Of a stretch of 64,000 bases of DNA, positions 50,030 through 61,914 are shown in pieces. The stretch comes from Macrostomum lignano (lineage: Eukaryota). Positions within the stretch are counted from its first letter, which is position 1. Every line of letters begins with the position of its first letter. The notes beneath the pieces are model-generated. The model was not told the DNA's origin. It saw nothing but the letters and a program-made list of their open reading frames with translations, and did not search any database. The DNA is taken from assembly GCA_002269645.1 (NCBI GenBank), contig NIVC01002262.1, positions 1 to 64,000 on the forward strand. Reading direction: 5' to 3'. The translations under genes were made by a program, and so were the position numbers.

Positions 50030-51015
50030 CTAGCTGAAGCTGTGACCTGAGGTAGCTGAAACTTTGACCTGGGGTAGCTGAAGCTTTGACATGAGGTAGC
50101 TGAAGCTATGACATGAGGTAGCTGAAGCTTTGACCTGAGGTAGCTGAAGCTATGACATGAGGTAGCTGAAGCTATGACCTGAGGTAGCTGAAGCTATGAC
50201 ATGAGGTAGCTGAAGCTATGACATGAGGTAGCTGAAGCTATGACATGAGGTAGCTGAAGCTTTGACATGAGGTAGCTGAAGCTATGACATGAGATATCTG
50301 AAGTTTGACCTGAGGTAGCTGAAGCTATGACATGAGGTAGCTGAAGTTTGACCTGAGGTAGCTGAAGCTATGACATGAGGTAGCTGAAGCTATGACATGA
50401 GGTAGCTGAAGCTATGACATGAGGTAGCTGAAGCTTTGACATGAGGTAGCTGAAGCTATGACATGAGGTAGCTGAAGCTATGACATGAGGTAGCTGAAGC
50501 TATGACATGAGGTAGCTGAAGCTATGACATGAGGTAGCTGAAGCTATGACATGAGATATCTGAAGTTTGACCTGAGGTAGCTGAAGCTATGACATGAGGT
50601 AGCTGAAGTTTGACCTGAGGTAGCTGAAGCTATGACATGAGGTAGCTGAAGCTATGACATGAGGTAGCTGAAGCTATGACATGAGGTAGCTGAAGCTTTG
50701 ACATGAGGTAGCTGAAGCTATGACATGAGGTAGCTGAAGCTATGACATGAGGTAGCTGAAGCTATGACATGAGGTAGCTGAAGCTATGACATGAGGTAGC
50801 TGAAGCTATGACATGAGATATCTGAAGTTTGACCTGAGGTAGCTGAAGCTATGACATGAGGTAGCTGAAGTTTGACCTGAGGTAGCTGAAGCTATGACAT
50901 GAGGTAGCTGAAGCTATGACCTGAGGTAGCTGAAGCTATGACCTGAGGTAGCTGAAGCTTTGACCTGAGGTAGCTGAAGCTGTGACCTGAGGAATTTGAA
51001 CCTTTGACCTGAGGT
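50030..51015. repeat. 22-bp minisatellite (GAGGTAGCTGAAGCTATGACAT) filling ASK1 intron 7
   Basis: Direct reading. Confidence 0.96.
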
Positions 51016-51030
51016 ATCCCAAATGCTCAC

Positions 51031-51444
51031 CTTATAGAACCCCACTTTGAACATGGTGGCCTGCACGGAGCCCAGCTCAATGAAGGGCGGCTGGCCAGTC
51101 AGCATCTCGATCACTGTGCAGCCGAAGGACCAGACGTCAGCCGGCAGGCCGTAGCCTTTGATGCCGAGGTCGATGACTTCAGGGCTCATGTACTGGATTG
51201 TGCCGGTGAAAGTGGCAGCCGGGGCCATGCCAACCAGGCGGCGGCTGGTGCCGAAGTCCGAGATCTTCAACACGCCGCTGTACGTGTTCACCAGAATGTT
51301 GTCGCCTTTGATGTCGCGGTGGACAATTTTATTGTCGTGCAGATACTGCAGGCCTTCCAGAATCTGGTAGGAATAATAGGCAGTGATCTGCTCCGACAGG
51401 GGGCCGTTCTTCTTGAGCAGGGAGCTCAGAGAGCCGCCGGGCAC
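51031..51444 (-). CDS. MAP3K5: ASK1-family exon 7 (kinase subdomains V-X)
   Basis: [43 protein letters not shown]; catalytic residues intact. Confidence 0.95.
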
Positions 51445-51475
51445 CTGCGGGCATGTGGCGGGGTAAAGTTATAGC

Positions 51476-51945
51476 ATCTAGAGGCTATTAGCTTCCATGT
51501 CTAGAGGCTTTTAGCTGCAGTATCTAGAGACTACATATTGCTCCAATATCTAGAGGCTGTTCGCTTCAAGGTCTAGAGGCTACGATCTATTAGCCCTAAT
51601 GTCTAGAGGCTATTATCTCTAATGTCTCGAGGCTATTAGCTCTAATCTCTAGAGGCTATTAGCTTTAATGTCTAGAGGCTATTATCTCTAATGTCTCGAG
51701 GCTATTAGCTCTAATCTCTAGAGGCTATTAGCTTTAATGTCTAGAGGCTATTATCTCTAATCTCTAGAGGCTATTAGCTCTAATCTCTAGAGGCTATTAG
51801 CTTTAATGTCTAGAGGCTATTATCTCTAATGTCCCGAGGCTATTAGCTCCAATGTCTAGAGGCTACTAGCTCTAATGTCTAGAGGCTCTTAGCTCCAACG
51901 TATAGAGACTATTAGCTCCAATGTTTGAGGCTATTAGACAATTAG
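51476..51945. repeat. 23-bp minisatellite (TCTAGAGGCTATTAGCTCTAATG), ASK1 intron 6
   Basis: Direct reading. Confidence 0.9.
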
Positions 51946-51980
51946 CCCCAGATACACTCATGCAGCCAAACCGGTCGCAC

Positions 51981-52247
51981 CTGCTCCATGAAGATCTTGA
52001 TAATCCCGGCCTCGGACATGGACCCCAAGTAGCGCACAATATTCCGATGGTTCAGCCGGGAGTGCAGACGGATCTCTTCGTGCAGCGCCTGAACCTCTTT
52101 CACCTGATCCTCATTGATCTCCTTAATTGCGATCTTCATCTGGCGCCGCTTCTCAATGCCGGCGTACACCGTGCCGAAGGTGCCCCGGCCCAGCAGCTTG
52201 CGACCGCCGCCGCCTCGGTCGTCCAGTTCGTAGTCGAATTCTACGAC
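51981..52247 (-). CDS. MAP3K5: ASK1-family exon 6 (kinase subdomains I-V)
   Basis: [47 protein letters not shown]; canonical borders. Confidence 0.94.
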
Positions 52248-52317
52248 CTGGGGGGGGGGAGACCGAGCGTTAGTCAGGTGTCAGATGTTGCTATGCGGAT
52301 GTTCCTAGAATACAAAA

Positions 52318-52911
52318 TCACATTTTCATATTTTAGGGACACATCACAGATTGCACACAGTGACACATCACAGATTGCACACAGTGACACATCACAGATT
52401 GCACACAGTGACACATCACAGATTGCACACAGTGACACATCACATATTGCACACAGTGACACATCACATATTGCACACAGTGACACATCACAGATTGCAT
52501 ACAGTGACACATCACAGATTGCACACAGTGACACATCACATATTGCACACAGTGACACATCACATATTGCACACAGTGACACATCACAGATTGCATACAG
52601 TGACACATCACAGATTGCACACAGTGACACATCACATATTGCACACAGTGACACATCACAGATTACACACAGTGACACATCACATATTGCACACAGTAAC
52701 ACATCACAGATTGCACACAGTGACACATCATAGATTGCACAGTGACACATCACAGATTGCACACAGTGACACATCATAGATTGCACAGTGACACATCACA
52801 GATTGCACACAGTGACACATCACATATTGCACACAGTGACACATCATAGATTGCACACAGTGACACATCACAGATTGCACACAGTGACACATCACAGATT
52901 GCAGTGACACA
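52318..52911. repeat. 24-bp minisatellite (CACAGTGACACATCACAGATTGCA), ASK1 intron 5
   Basis: Direct reading. Confidence 0.95.
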
Positions 52912-52940
52912 TCCCCAAATTAGACACGCCGCAAACCCAC

Positions 52941-53852
52941 CTGATCAAAGGCCTCTTCGAGATCTTCGTCTCCCTGCGCCACAGACAGCAGTGTGGTGGT
53001 GGCTGAGTTGTAGAACAATTTCCGCATGTGCTCCGAGGGGAACAGCAGGTGGAAGTCGTCCGCGGCGGACAGCACAAACAGGTAGACTCCGCGAGGGTCT
53101 TTCTTAGCCAGACTAATCCGGCGAATCTGGTGCTCGGGAAAGAACCAATCGCCGCTGCCCGAGCTGGCGACGCCACCGCCGCCGCCGACGCCGCTTTTGG
53201 AATCTTCGGCGTGCCCGCCGACGCCACTGCCGGCAGTGCCGGTGATATACCACAGGGCCAGCGAGCGGGGCTCAGCGTCCAGGTTTAGCTGCAGGTAGCT
53301 CGGTTGGAACACCTGGTCGGACTCCTGCACCAGCACGTGGTAGAGGGCCGGGCCCGCTGGAGGGCTGCTGTCGCCTCCGCCTTCGGCCGACACCGACGCC
53401 CCTGCAGCGTCTTTGCTGCCGGCGGCCGGCCCGCCCGGCTGGCTGGTGGTTGCCGCGTTGAAAAAGTCCACCCAGAAGTGAAACGCCTCCTTGTGCCGGT
53501 CCTCCGTTACGGCCGGCTGCGGCTCCCTGCGCTCGATCTCCTTCTTCTGCCGGAACCGATTGATGAGTTGGATGTTGTTGATGGTGGACTTGATGTGCCA
53601 GGCGGGCGGGTCCAGCTTGAACATGCACTCGGCCGCTACACAGGCTTTGTTATAGTTCTCAGCCAGCACGCTGATCTCGAAGAACGTGGCCACGTCCCAG
53701 TAGTCTTTGAGGTCGCGGAGGGAGCCCTTCTTGCCAATCAGGTTGTTGAGCACCAGAGCCACGCGTTGGAGCTCGGAGTTCGAGCTCAGCTCCTGGCCCG
53801 AGACTACTAGCAGGGTGGCCAGGTTTATGCCCGAGTATTCGTTCGGTTGCAC
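52941..53852 (-). CDS. MAP3K5: ASK1-family exon 5 (TPR and PH-like region)
   Basis: QPNEYSGINLATLL, IGKKGSL..LKDYWDVATFFEISVLAENY, FHFWVDFF; 912 bp phase 0/0. Confidence 0.93.
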
Positions 53853-53984
53853 CTGTTTGCGGAGAGAGAGGCGATTGTGGTTAATCTATGTAACTAGCAA
53901 CTAGCTCATTCGGTGAGAGAAAGGCATATAAGAGGGGGGGAGAAAAAAGCAAGGGGGACACAGGATGAGAAAGGAGAAGGAAGG

Positions 53985-55082
53985 AGGGTTAGGGGAAGAA
54001 AGGAGGGGAAAGGGGAAGAAAGGAGGGGAAAGGGGAAGAAAGGAGGGGAAAGGGGAAGAAAGGAGGGGAAAGGGGAAGAAAGGAGGGGAAAGGGGAAGAA
54101 AGGAGGGGAAAGGGGAAGAAAGGAGGGGAAAGGGGAAGAAAAGAGGGGAAAGAGGAAGAAAGGAGGGGAAAGGGGAAGAAAGGAAGGGAAAGAGGAAGAA
54201 AGGAGGGGAAAGGGGAAGAAAGGAGGGGAAAGAGGAAGAAAGGAGGGGAAAGGGGAAGAAAGGAGGGGAAAGAGGAAGAAAGGAGGGGAAAGGGGAAGAA
54301 AGGAGGGGAAAGAGGAAGAAAGGAGGGGAAAGGGGAAGAAAGGAGGGGAAAGGGGAAGAAAGGAGGGGAAAGGGGAAGAAAAGAGGGGAAAGGGGAAGAA
54401 AAGAGGGGAAAGGGGAAGAAAGGAGGGGAGAGGGGAAGAAAGGAGGGGAAAGGGGAAGAAAGGAGGGGAAAGAGGAAGAAAGGAGGGGAAAGGGGAAGAA
54501 AGGAGGGGAAAGGGGAAGAAAAGAGGGGAAAGGGGAAGAAAGGAGGGGAAAGGGAAAGGAGGGGAAAGGGGAAGAAAGGAGGGGAAGGGGAAGAAAGGAG
54601 GGGAGAGGGGAAGAAAGGAGGGGAAAGGGGAAGAAAGGAGGGGAAAGAGGAAGAAAGGAGGGGAAAGGGGAAGAAAGGAGGGGAAAGGGGAAGAAAGGAG
54701 GGGAAAGGGGAAGAAAGGAGGGGAGAGGGGAAGAAAGGAGGGGAAAGGGAAAGGAGGGGAAAGGGGAAGAAAGGAGGGGAGAGGGGAAGAAAGGAGGGGA
54801 AAGGGAAAGGAGGGGAAAGGGGAAGAAAGGAGGGGAAAGGGAAAGGAGGGGAAAGGGGAAGAAAGGAGGGGAAAGGGAAAGGAGGGGAGAGGGGAAGAAA
54901 GGAGGGGAAAGGGAAAGGAGGGGAAAGGGGAAGAAAGGAGGGGAGAGGGGAAGAAAGGAGGGGAAAGGGAAAGGAGGGGAAAGGGGAAGAAAGGAGGGGA
55001 AAGGGAAAGGAGGGGAAAGGGGAAGAAAGGAGGGGAAAGGGAAAGGAGGGGAAAGGGGAAGAAAGGAGGGGAAGGGGAAGCG
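53985..55082. repeat. Pure-purine about 20-bp minisatellite (AGGAGGGGAAAGGGGAAGAA), ASK1 intron 4
   Basis: Direct reading. Confidence 0.96.
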
Positions 55083-55144
55083 AGAAAATGAGAGGACTTC
55101 AAATCTTATTCGAGCAAAACTTAATTCAATTCAAGGATGCTCAC

Positions 55145-55804
55145 TTCGAATCCCTTGCGGTACCATTCAGTGGCGTGCGCCAGGCTCTCAGTATCGGTGT
55201 AGTCGGAGTCGGTGAACATGTCCTTATAGATGCGGCCAACAAGGCTGAGCATATCCGGCACCGGCTTGTCGCAGCGCTGTACAGCCCGCAGGATCACCTC
55301 GAGAGCTTCCTTGCGATCGCCTGGCCGATTCCGCCGATTGAGCGCGAAGGCGTACAGGTTCTGGATGCTGACGATGTCGACAAGGTGCTTGGCGTGCGGC
55401 AGAGTCTTGAGCTCCTCGACTAGGCCAACCATGGCCGAGTAGTCCTGGGCCTTGCGGTAGCTGAGCAGCATGTTGAGTATGATGTCCGGCGAGATGAGGT
55501 CCGGATCGTCCAGTCTGGATCGCATTCTGCGCAGGAACTCTTTTAAGCAGTCGCCCTTGTACTCCAGTCGGGCCTTCTGAAGATCGTCTAGAAATTTCTC
55601 CTTCAGCTGCGCCTTCGAGGTGGACTCAACTTCCCGAAGTGCTCGCTTGAGCTTGGTGAGCAGCAGCGAGTCTGTGCCGTGGTCGTGGCCGGTGTGGCAG
55701 TTGGTCAGCAGCAGCTTGTGGCAGGCAGAGTCCGGCACCACGCATCGGCCCGTGCTGTCGTCCACCAGGTAGGGGAACAGCCGGTAGGAGGCGGACAGCG
55801 AGTT
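55145..55804 (-). CDS. MAP3K5: ASK1-family exon 4 (DUF4071/TPR region)
   Basis: RLDDPDLISPDIILNMLLSYR..QDYSAMVGLVE, YAFALNRRNRPGDR, GRIYKDMF, WYRKGFE; 660 bp phase 0/0. Confidence 0.93.
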
Positions 55805-55870
55805 CTGCGGGGTAGGGGCAGTGGCTGCGGCTGACTGCTGGGTTGCTGCTTTTAGTAGACTGCTCACAGA

Positions 55871-56910
55871 CCCTCAGTTGCTGGGCCAGCCTCCCAGATC
55901 CTCAGTTGCTGGTCCAGCCTCCCAGATCCTCAGTTGCTGGGCCAGCCTCCCAGATCCTCAGTCGCTGGGACAGCCTCCCAGATCCTCAGTTGCTGGGCCA
56001 GCCTCCCAGATCCTCAGTTGCTGGGCCAGCCTCCCAGATCCTCAGTTGCTGGGCCAGCCTCCCAGATCCTCAGTTGCTGGGCCAGCCTCCCAGATCCTCA
56101 GTTGCTGGGCCAGCTTCCTAGATCCTCAGTTGCTGGGCCAGCCTCCCAGATCCTCAGTTGCTGGTCCAGCCTCCCAGATCCTCAGTCGCTGGGACAGCCT
56201 CCCAGATCCTCAGTCGCTGGGCCAGCCTCCCAGATCCTCAGTTGCTGGGCCAGCCTCCCAGATCCTCAGTTGCTGGGCCAGCCTCCCAGATCCTCAGTCG
56301 CTGGGCCAGCCTCCCAGATCATCAGTTTTTGGGCCAGCCTCCCAGATCTTCACAGCCTCCCAGATCCTCAGTTGCTGGGCCAGCCTCCCAGATCCTCAGT
56401 TGCTGGGCCAGCCTCCCAGATTTTCAGTCGCTGGGCCAGCCTCCCAGATCTTCACAGCCTCCCAGATCCTCAGTTGCTGGGCCAGCCTCCCAGATCCTCA
56501 GTTTTTGGGCCAGGCTCCCAGATCTTCACAGACTCCCAGATCCTCAGTTGCTGGGCCAGCCTCCCAGATCCTCAGTTGCTGGGCCAGCCTCCCAGATCTT
56601 CAGCTGCTGGGCCAGCCTCCCATATCCTCAGTTGCTGGGCCAGCCTCCCAGATCTTCAGCTGCTGGGCCAGCCTCCCATATCCTCAGTTGCTGGGCCAGC
56701 CTCCCATATCCTCAGTCGCTGGGCCAGCCTCCCAGATCCTCAGTTGCTGGGCCAGCCTCCCAGATCCTCAGTTGCTGGGCCAGCCTCCCAGATCCTCAGT
56801 TGCTGGGCCAGCCTCCCAGATCCTCAGTTGCTTGGCCAGCCTCACAGATCCTCAGTTGCTGGGCCAGCCTTCCCGATCTTCAGTTGCTGGGCCAGCCTCC
56901 CAGATCCTCA
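55871..56910 (-). repeat. 28-bp minisatellite (CCCAGATCCTCAGTTGCTGGGCCAGCCT), ASK1 intron 3
   Basis: Direct reading. Confidence 0.96.
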
Positions 56911-56929
56911 GGCCAAAAGCCGCACTCAC

Positions 56930-57040
56930 CCGCAGCGAGTCGGTCTCATCCTTATTCAGGTCGTGCACCAGAATAATGTTGTCCCGCATGCCCAGACTCT
57001 CCCTAACGCCCAGGTGATACAGGATTGAGTACTGCTGGAC
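56930..57040 (-). CDS. MAP3K5: ASK1-family exon 3
   Basis: VQQYSILYHLGVRESLGMRDNIILV (ASK1 motif YHLGVRES); 111 bp, AG/GTGAGT borders. Confidence 0.9.
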
Positions 57041-58219
57041 CTGCGGACGAGGTGATAAAAATTAGGAACAACTAAACAGGAAAAAACAAATAAAGCCAGC
57101 TAAAGCAGCAACAGGTTTAACTGAGGCCTAAAAAGATGATAAGAAAAACAGGATAAAAGCAGCGGATTTCTTCTAAAAGTAAAAAAATTACTATGAGATA
57201 ATTTAAAATGAAAAAATCAGCGAATGACAAGTGCATGATTCACAACTGTCAGTGTAGTTGCCATTGAATAGAAGTATTCGTAGGCAGGCTGTGTAAGTAA
57301 CAGCATATATTTACTAAAACTAATATTGGCCTTGGGGGGAGCTTTGAGCAGGACAGGAGGAAGCAAGAGAGAGAGAGAGAAATGGGAAAAAGCAACGATG
57401 CAGCCAATTTCGCCCATTAGGACGGGCGATGCAGCCCCCGACTCCCATAACTCGGCAAGGATAAGAATGCGCTAGGCCCGCTCTCTATATTATCGCTGCT
57501 AGCCAACTGAGAGTGTCAGACGCCAAACTTCTCATCATCTGGGCTGGTAGGCGCACATACAGCCTCGCATTGCTCAGGAACGGAGCGAAGGAGGAAGTGG
57601 AGAATGGCGATGGCGATGGGGATGGGGGTGGGGGTTGGTAAGGCAAGTCCTCGGCCTGAGATTTGCATGAATTTGCATGGCGCTACACTCGCTGTTCCGG
57701 CTCGCCTTATATAGGCGGCAATCCCTCTCGTTCATCTCCATCTCCAGGCCTTGCTGCTGCCGCAACACAAAAAACACACATACCCACACACACACAGCAC
57801 AAAGCATAGAGACAGCAACCAAAGGCCTCAACCAAGCATAAAGTCAAAAGATCGCAAAGCTTTCTTTTTTGCTGCCCTGTCTGCAGAAATTTCCGGTACT
57901 AAACACTTCTGTTGTGCCCGATGAAAACGGTACCAAAGGCCAAGAAACGTCCCAATAGTCACTTGCGTCGCCCCAGACTTTAGACGACAAGATTTAGCGG
58001 TACAAGTGGCTAAAATGTCGTCTTCAGAGTCGTCCAAGAGTCAATTTGAGGTGTTTTAATTGTCTGCGACTCTGAAACAGCTCTGGGGCGACGCAAGTGA
58101 CTGTGGGGCCGCAGATTCGCTGTGGAATCACTGAGTTGCGTCTAAAGCGCATCTGCGTCACTTTATGGATTAGAATCGCATTTCACATTTATCACGACTC
58201 TTTATAGTCTACTTGAGTT

Positions 58220-58587
58220 TTATTTCTTTTATTAGAGGCAGGGGGTTGTGTGCACCCTGGCGCACTTTAAGCGACATAGGCACACAACCGGCGAGAGGCA
58301 TTACTGCCCATTCCGCCGACTCCCCTGAGCAGGCATACAAGCGCGCGGATACGTACGCAGGCACACACTCACACAGGAGTGTACAGCGGCCCTAACTTTA
58401 TATTATCGTTAGGCATGTACACCTCACTGCGCCTTGGGGGGTTGGCTATCAAGGCCGTTAATTGCACGAGCAGAGCCAAGCCGAGATTCCAATTTAGCCC
58501 CAAATTAATGTGGCTGCACTTGGAATCGAGCCTGGGTCGCTGGCACACCAGAGCCTGCGCTAGACCGCTGGGCTACGGCCCCCCCCC
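58220..58587 (-). mobile_element. Full-length tRNA-derived SINE (family 2) in ASK1 intron 2
   Basis: A-box TAGCCCAGCGG, B-box GGCTCGATTCC, A-rich tail, perfect 13-bp TSD GTCTACTTGAGTT (58207-58219 and 58588-58600). Confidence 0.85.
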
Positions 58588-58699
58588 GTCTACTTGAGTT
58601 AGTAGAAAGTTAAGCGCCAACACAACGACTCTTGGACGGTTCTACAACTCATGCGTGATGCGCTCATGACATGAAGTCGCCTCTCTGTCGCATAATAGT

Positions 58700-58970
58700 C
58701 GGTTTGAGTCGTTAAAAAGTCACAAGAATCGGCCCGGAGTTGATAGAGTCACCAGTGAGTTGTTTGCACATCTCTTTAACGATTCTTGTCACGGGTATCG
58801 TTTTCAACGGGCTATCGGCGTGTGCCAGATGGCTCAGAAAGCAAAAGACGAACACAAACAACAGTCGACCCTGACTACTTATCTCATCAGACAGTGAGCA
58901 CACTACTCTATGCCTCGTGAAGATTCGAACCCGGGGTGTTTGCGTTTCTCACAGCTGTCGCCAGTAAGAC
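58700..58970 (-). mobile_element. Possible third tRNA-derived SINE remnant
   Basis: B-box GGGTTCGAATC on the - strand (about 58923-58933) with a weak A-box upstream; no TSD seen; boundaries uncertain. Confidence 0.3.
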
Positions 58971-59605
58971 AAACCTTGGCAGACATTTCCGTTATGGCCA
59001 CCTCTGAATTGTAAAACTCGTGCAGAGCGGTAGTGGTGCCATAGTCCAGGTGGGTGAACTGGACCTTATGCAGATCAACATCTAACCTGTATTGTTGTTA
59101 GCAAATTTAGTGCAATAAATAAAAAATCAAAATTCCAATTAAATTGCTAGCAGAGATAATCTAGGCCTCACTACTGATAAGTAGCAATTGGTAAAAGCCA
59201 AGGCATAGAGCAAGTTGCAAGCTTGAGAACTAGTCAGTAGCAACAGATACCAATGGAATTAGCCGTGCAAATAAAATATCAATTAATAATTTTTTATGAT
59301 TCCGAGTTTCCGCAAAATTTGGCTGCTAATGAAGTGTCAATTTTGAGCGATATCGTATTGAAATTCTGATAAATAGAGCTGTGCAAAAATATGGATTGCA
59401 TAATTAATATTTATAATTTACTGACGCCAGGATTGCACTAGTACAGCACTTGTACCAGCCTCATAAAACTGCTGCTGAGGGATTAACAACACCAAACAGA
59501 AAATCATTGATTCACAACAAACAAATAAAATAACTGCAGGCACCAGAGCCGCACTAACCACCTCATATTGTTCTAATGTGTGTAGATATGTAACTACGAG
59601 CGTAT

Positions 59606-59945
59606 TCTAGCAGTGGATTAGGGACCATTCTAGCAGTGGATTAGGGACCATTCTAGCAGTGGATTAGGGACCATTCTAGCAGTGGATTAGGGACCATTCT
59701 AGCAGTGGATTAGGGACCATTCTAGCAGTGGATTAGGGACCATTCTAGCAGTGGATTAGGGACCATTCTAGCAGTGGATTAGGGACCATTTTAGCAGTGG
59801 ATTAGGGACCATTCAAGCAGTGGATTAGGGACTATTAGAGGGGGATTAGGGACTATTAGAGGTGGATTAAGGACGATTCTGCAGTGGATTATGGACTATT
59901 CTAGCAGTGGATTAGGGACCATTCTAGCAGTGGATTAGGGACTAT
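59606..59945. repeat. 23-bp minisatellite (ATTCTAGCAGTGGATTAGGGACC), ASK1 intron 2
   Basis: Direct reading. Confidence 0.92.
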
Positions 59946-60367
59946 TAGATGTGGGTTAGAGTGGATTAGAAGTGAGTTAGGATTTCAAAAAGCTATCAAA
60001 AACGCCAGCTCCCTCGCAGATCATAGCGAGTAATAGCTAACCAGATTAGTAGGAATAAAACTGACACAAACTGCCAAGACTTGGAAGAGTTAGTGTGAGA
60101 CAAGCGAGTACTTTAACTGGACTAATACTTAATATTTATTTTACACAAACCCGTAAAAAACTAAAAGTACTCGTCTGGCCATAACGGTTGAAACGCAATA
60201 ACAAAAAATTCTATTTATCATTTGCGCTGCGCCTTCAACAAAAAATTAAAACAACAAAAAAGCTGGAAACAAACACATAAGCCTCTATTCTCACAAGAAA
60301 CTTTAATAATAAACACATTTTGTATTAGACTTCAAGACATGCAGCAGTGCGATCAGCCTTGCTCATT

Positions 60368-61093
60368 ATCTAGACCCAATTAGAATCTCATCATCTAGAC
60401 CCAATTAGAATCTCATCATCTAGACCCAATTAGAATATCATCATCTAGACCCAATTAGAATCTCATCATCTAGACCCAATTAGAATCTCATCATCTAGAC
60501 CCAATTAGAGTATCATCATCTAGACCCAATTAGAATCTCATCATCTAGACCCAATTAGAATCTCATCATCTAGACCCAATAGACTCTCATCATCTAGACC
60601 CAATAAGAATCTCATCATCTAGACCCAATAAGAATCTCATCATCTAGACCCAATAAGAATCTCATCATCTAGACCCAATAAGAATCTCATCATCTAGACC
60701 CAATTAGAATCTCATCATCTAGACCCAATAGAATCTCATCATCTAGACCCAATAAGAATCTCATCATCTAGACCCAATAAGAATCTCATCATCTAGACCC
60801 AATTAGAATCTCATCATCTAGACCCAATTAGAATCTCATCATCTAGACCCAATTAGAATATCATCATCTAGACCCAATTAGAATATCATCATCTAGACCC
60901 AATAAGAATCTCATCATCTAGACCCAATAAGAATCTCATCATCTAGACCCAATTAGAATCTCATCATCTAGACCCAATTAGAATCTCATGATCTAGACCC
61001 AATTAGAATATCATCATCTAGACCCAATTAGAATCTCATGATCTAGACCCAATTAGAATCTCATCATCTAGACCCAATTAGAATCTCATCATC
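60368..61093. repeat. 25-bp minisatellite (ATCTAGACCCAATTAGAATCTCATC), ASK1 intron 2
   Basis: Direct reading. Confidence 0.95.
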
Positions 61094-61219
61094 GACATGT
61101 AGACTAACACGCTAGCAGAGGTCCCGCAAGGACAAATGAAGGTCAAAGCTCCCAAGTTCCCATGATCGCAGGGTCGCACACCACAGCAGACACCAAAGCC
61201 TGTCTCTAAGCTGCATTAC

Positions 61220-61325
61220 CAAGTCGGTGAGCATGACGATAACGGCGTGAGCACTGTAGAACAGCTCAGCTGCAGTGTCCACATCGTTGATGATGTGGCC
61301 AAAGCTGATGCAGGTTAAGCCAACA
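61220..61325 (-). CDS. MAP3K5: ASK1-family exon 2
   Basis: tgtttccAG acceptor; VGLTCISFGHIINDVDTAAELFYSAHAVIVMLTDL is like ASK1 LHFGKLDFGE..LDRFYNADIAVVEMSD; phases 2/0 fit both neighbours; donor GTAATG. Confidence 0.8.
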
Positions 61326-61914
61326 CTGGAAACAAAGCGGATTATGATTAATAATTTGCATATTTTTTGCTCCTGTGCAACGGTTAGATGCGCAATGTAA
61401 CAACTATAAGCCATATGATTGCGCTTAGTACAATCGGATGTTAGGACTGAGCAATTTTGCTAAGTTGTAGTTAAATAAACGACAATTATTACGTAATCGG
61501 CATGTACTGACAAAACCAACGATAAACAACCCAGCTGTTCAACTAGCATTTACTCATATTAGGACTCAAATTTGCGTTGGACAAGCGAAAACAAACAAAA
61601 CAATGCGTAAATCGCGACTGAAAAAACAACAACAGATGTCTATAATTTAGAACACTAAAACCAGCTGTGACTACTGAATACGACTTGTACAACAGTAGTG
61701 TCATGAGTCCAGTGCAATCCTTGGCTTTAAAGTGTAGTTTTTATTGATTTATAGTTCATTGCAGCCAAATGTTAACTAACTATAATATCAGACCTCAAAG
61801 CGCTGGCCTGAAACCTTATCTTGTAGGAGTAAAAGTTGAAATTTCTGGGAATTCATTAGTAGGCCTGCTTGCGCCGCAAAACTCTAAAGTAGGATACCTC
61901 TAGGATGCTACATT

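Noticed and set aside
57700-57720. TATA/CArG-like CCTTATATAGG in ASK1 intron 2
   Set aside because: It has seven A/T bases (not a CArG box) and no associated ORF or exon was found.
58770-58900. Hammerhead-like motifs on the - strand (CTGATGAG...GAAAACGAT...ATCGTTA) downstream of a B-box, reminiscent of schistosome Sm-alpha
   Set aside because: Only stem III pairs; stems I and II do not, and the CUGAUGA to GAAA distance is about 80 nt. An Infernal search with hammerhead models would settle it.
47985-59945. TTAGGG within the 20-mer and 23-mer units as interstitial telomere
   Set aside because: Single hexamers embedded in longer units, not tandem TTAGGG.
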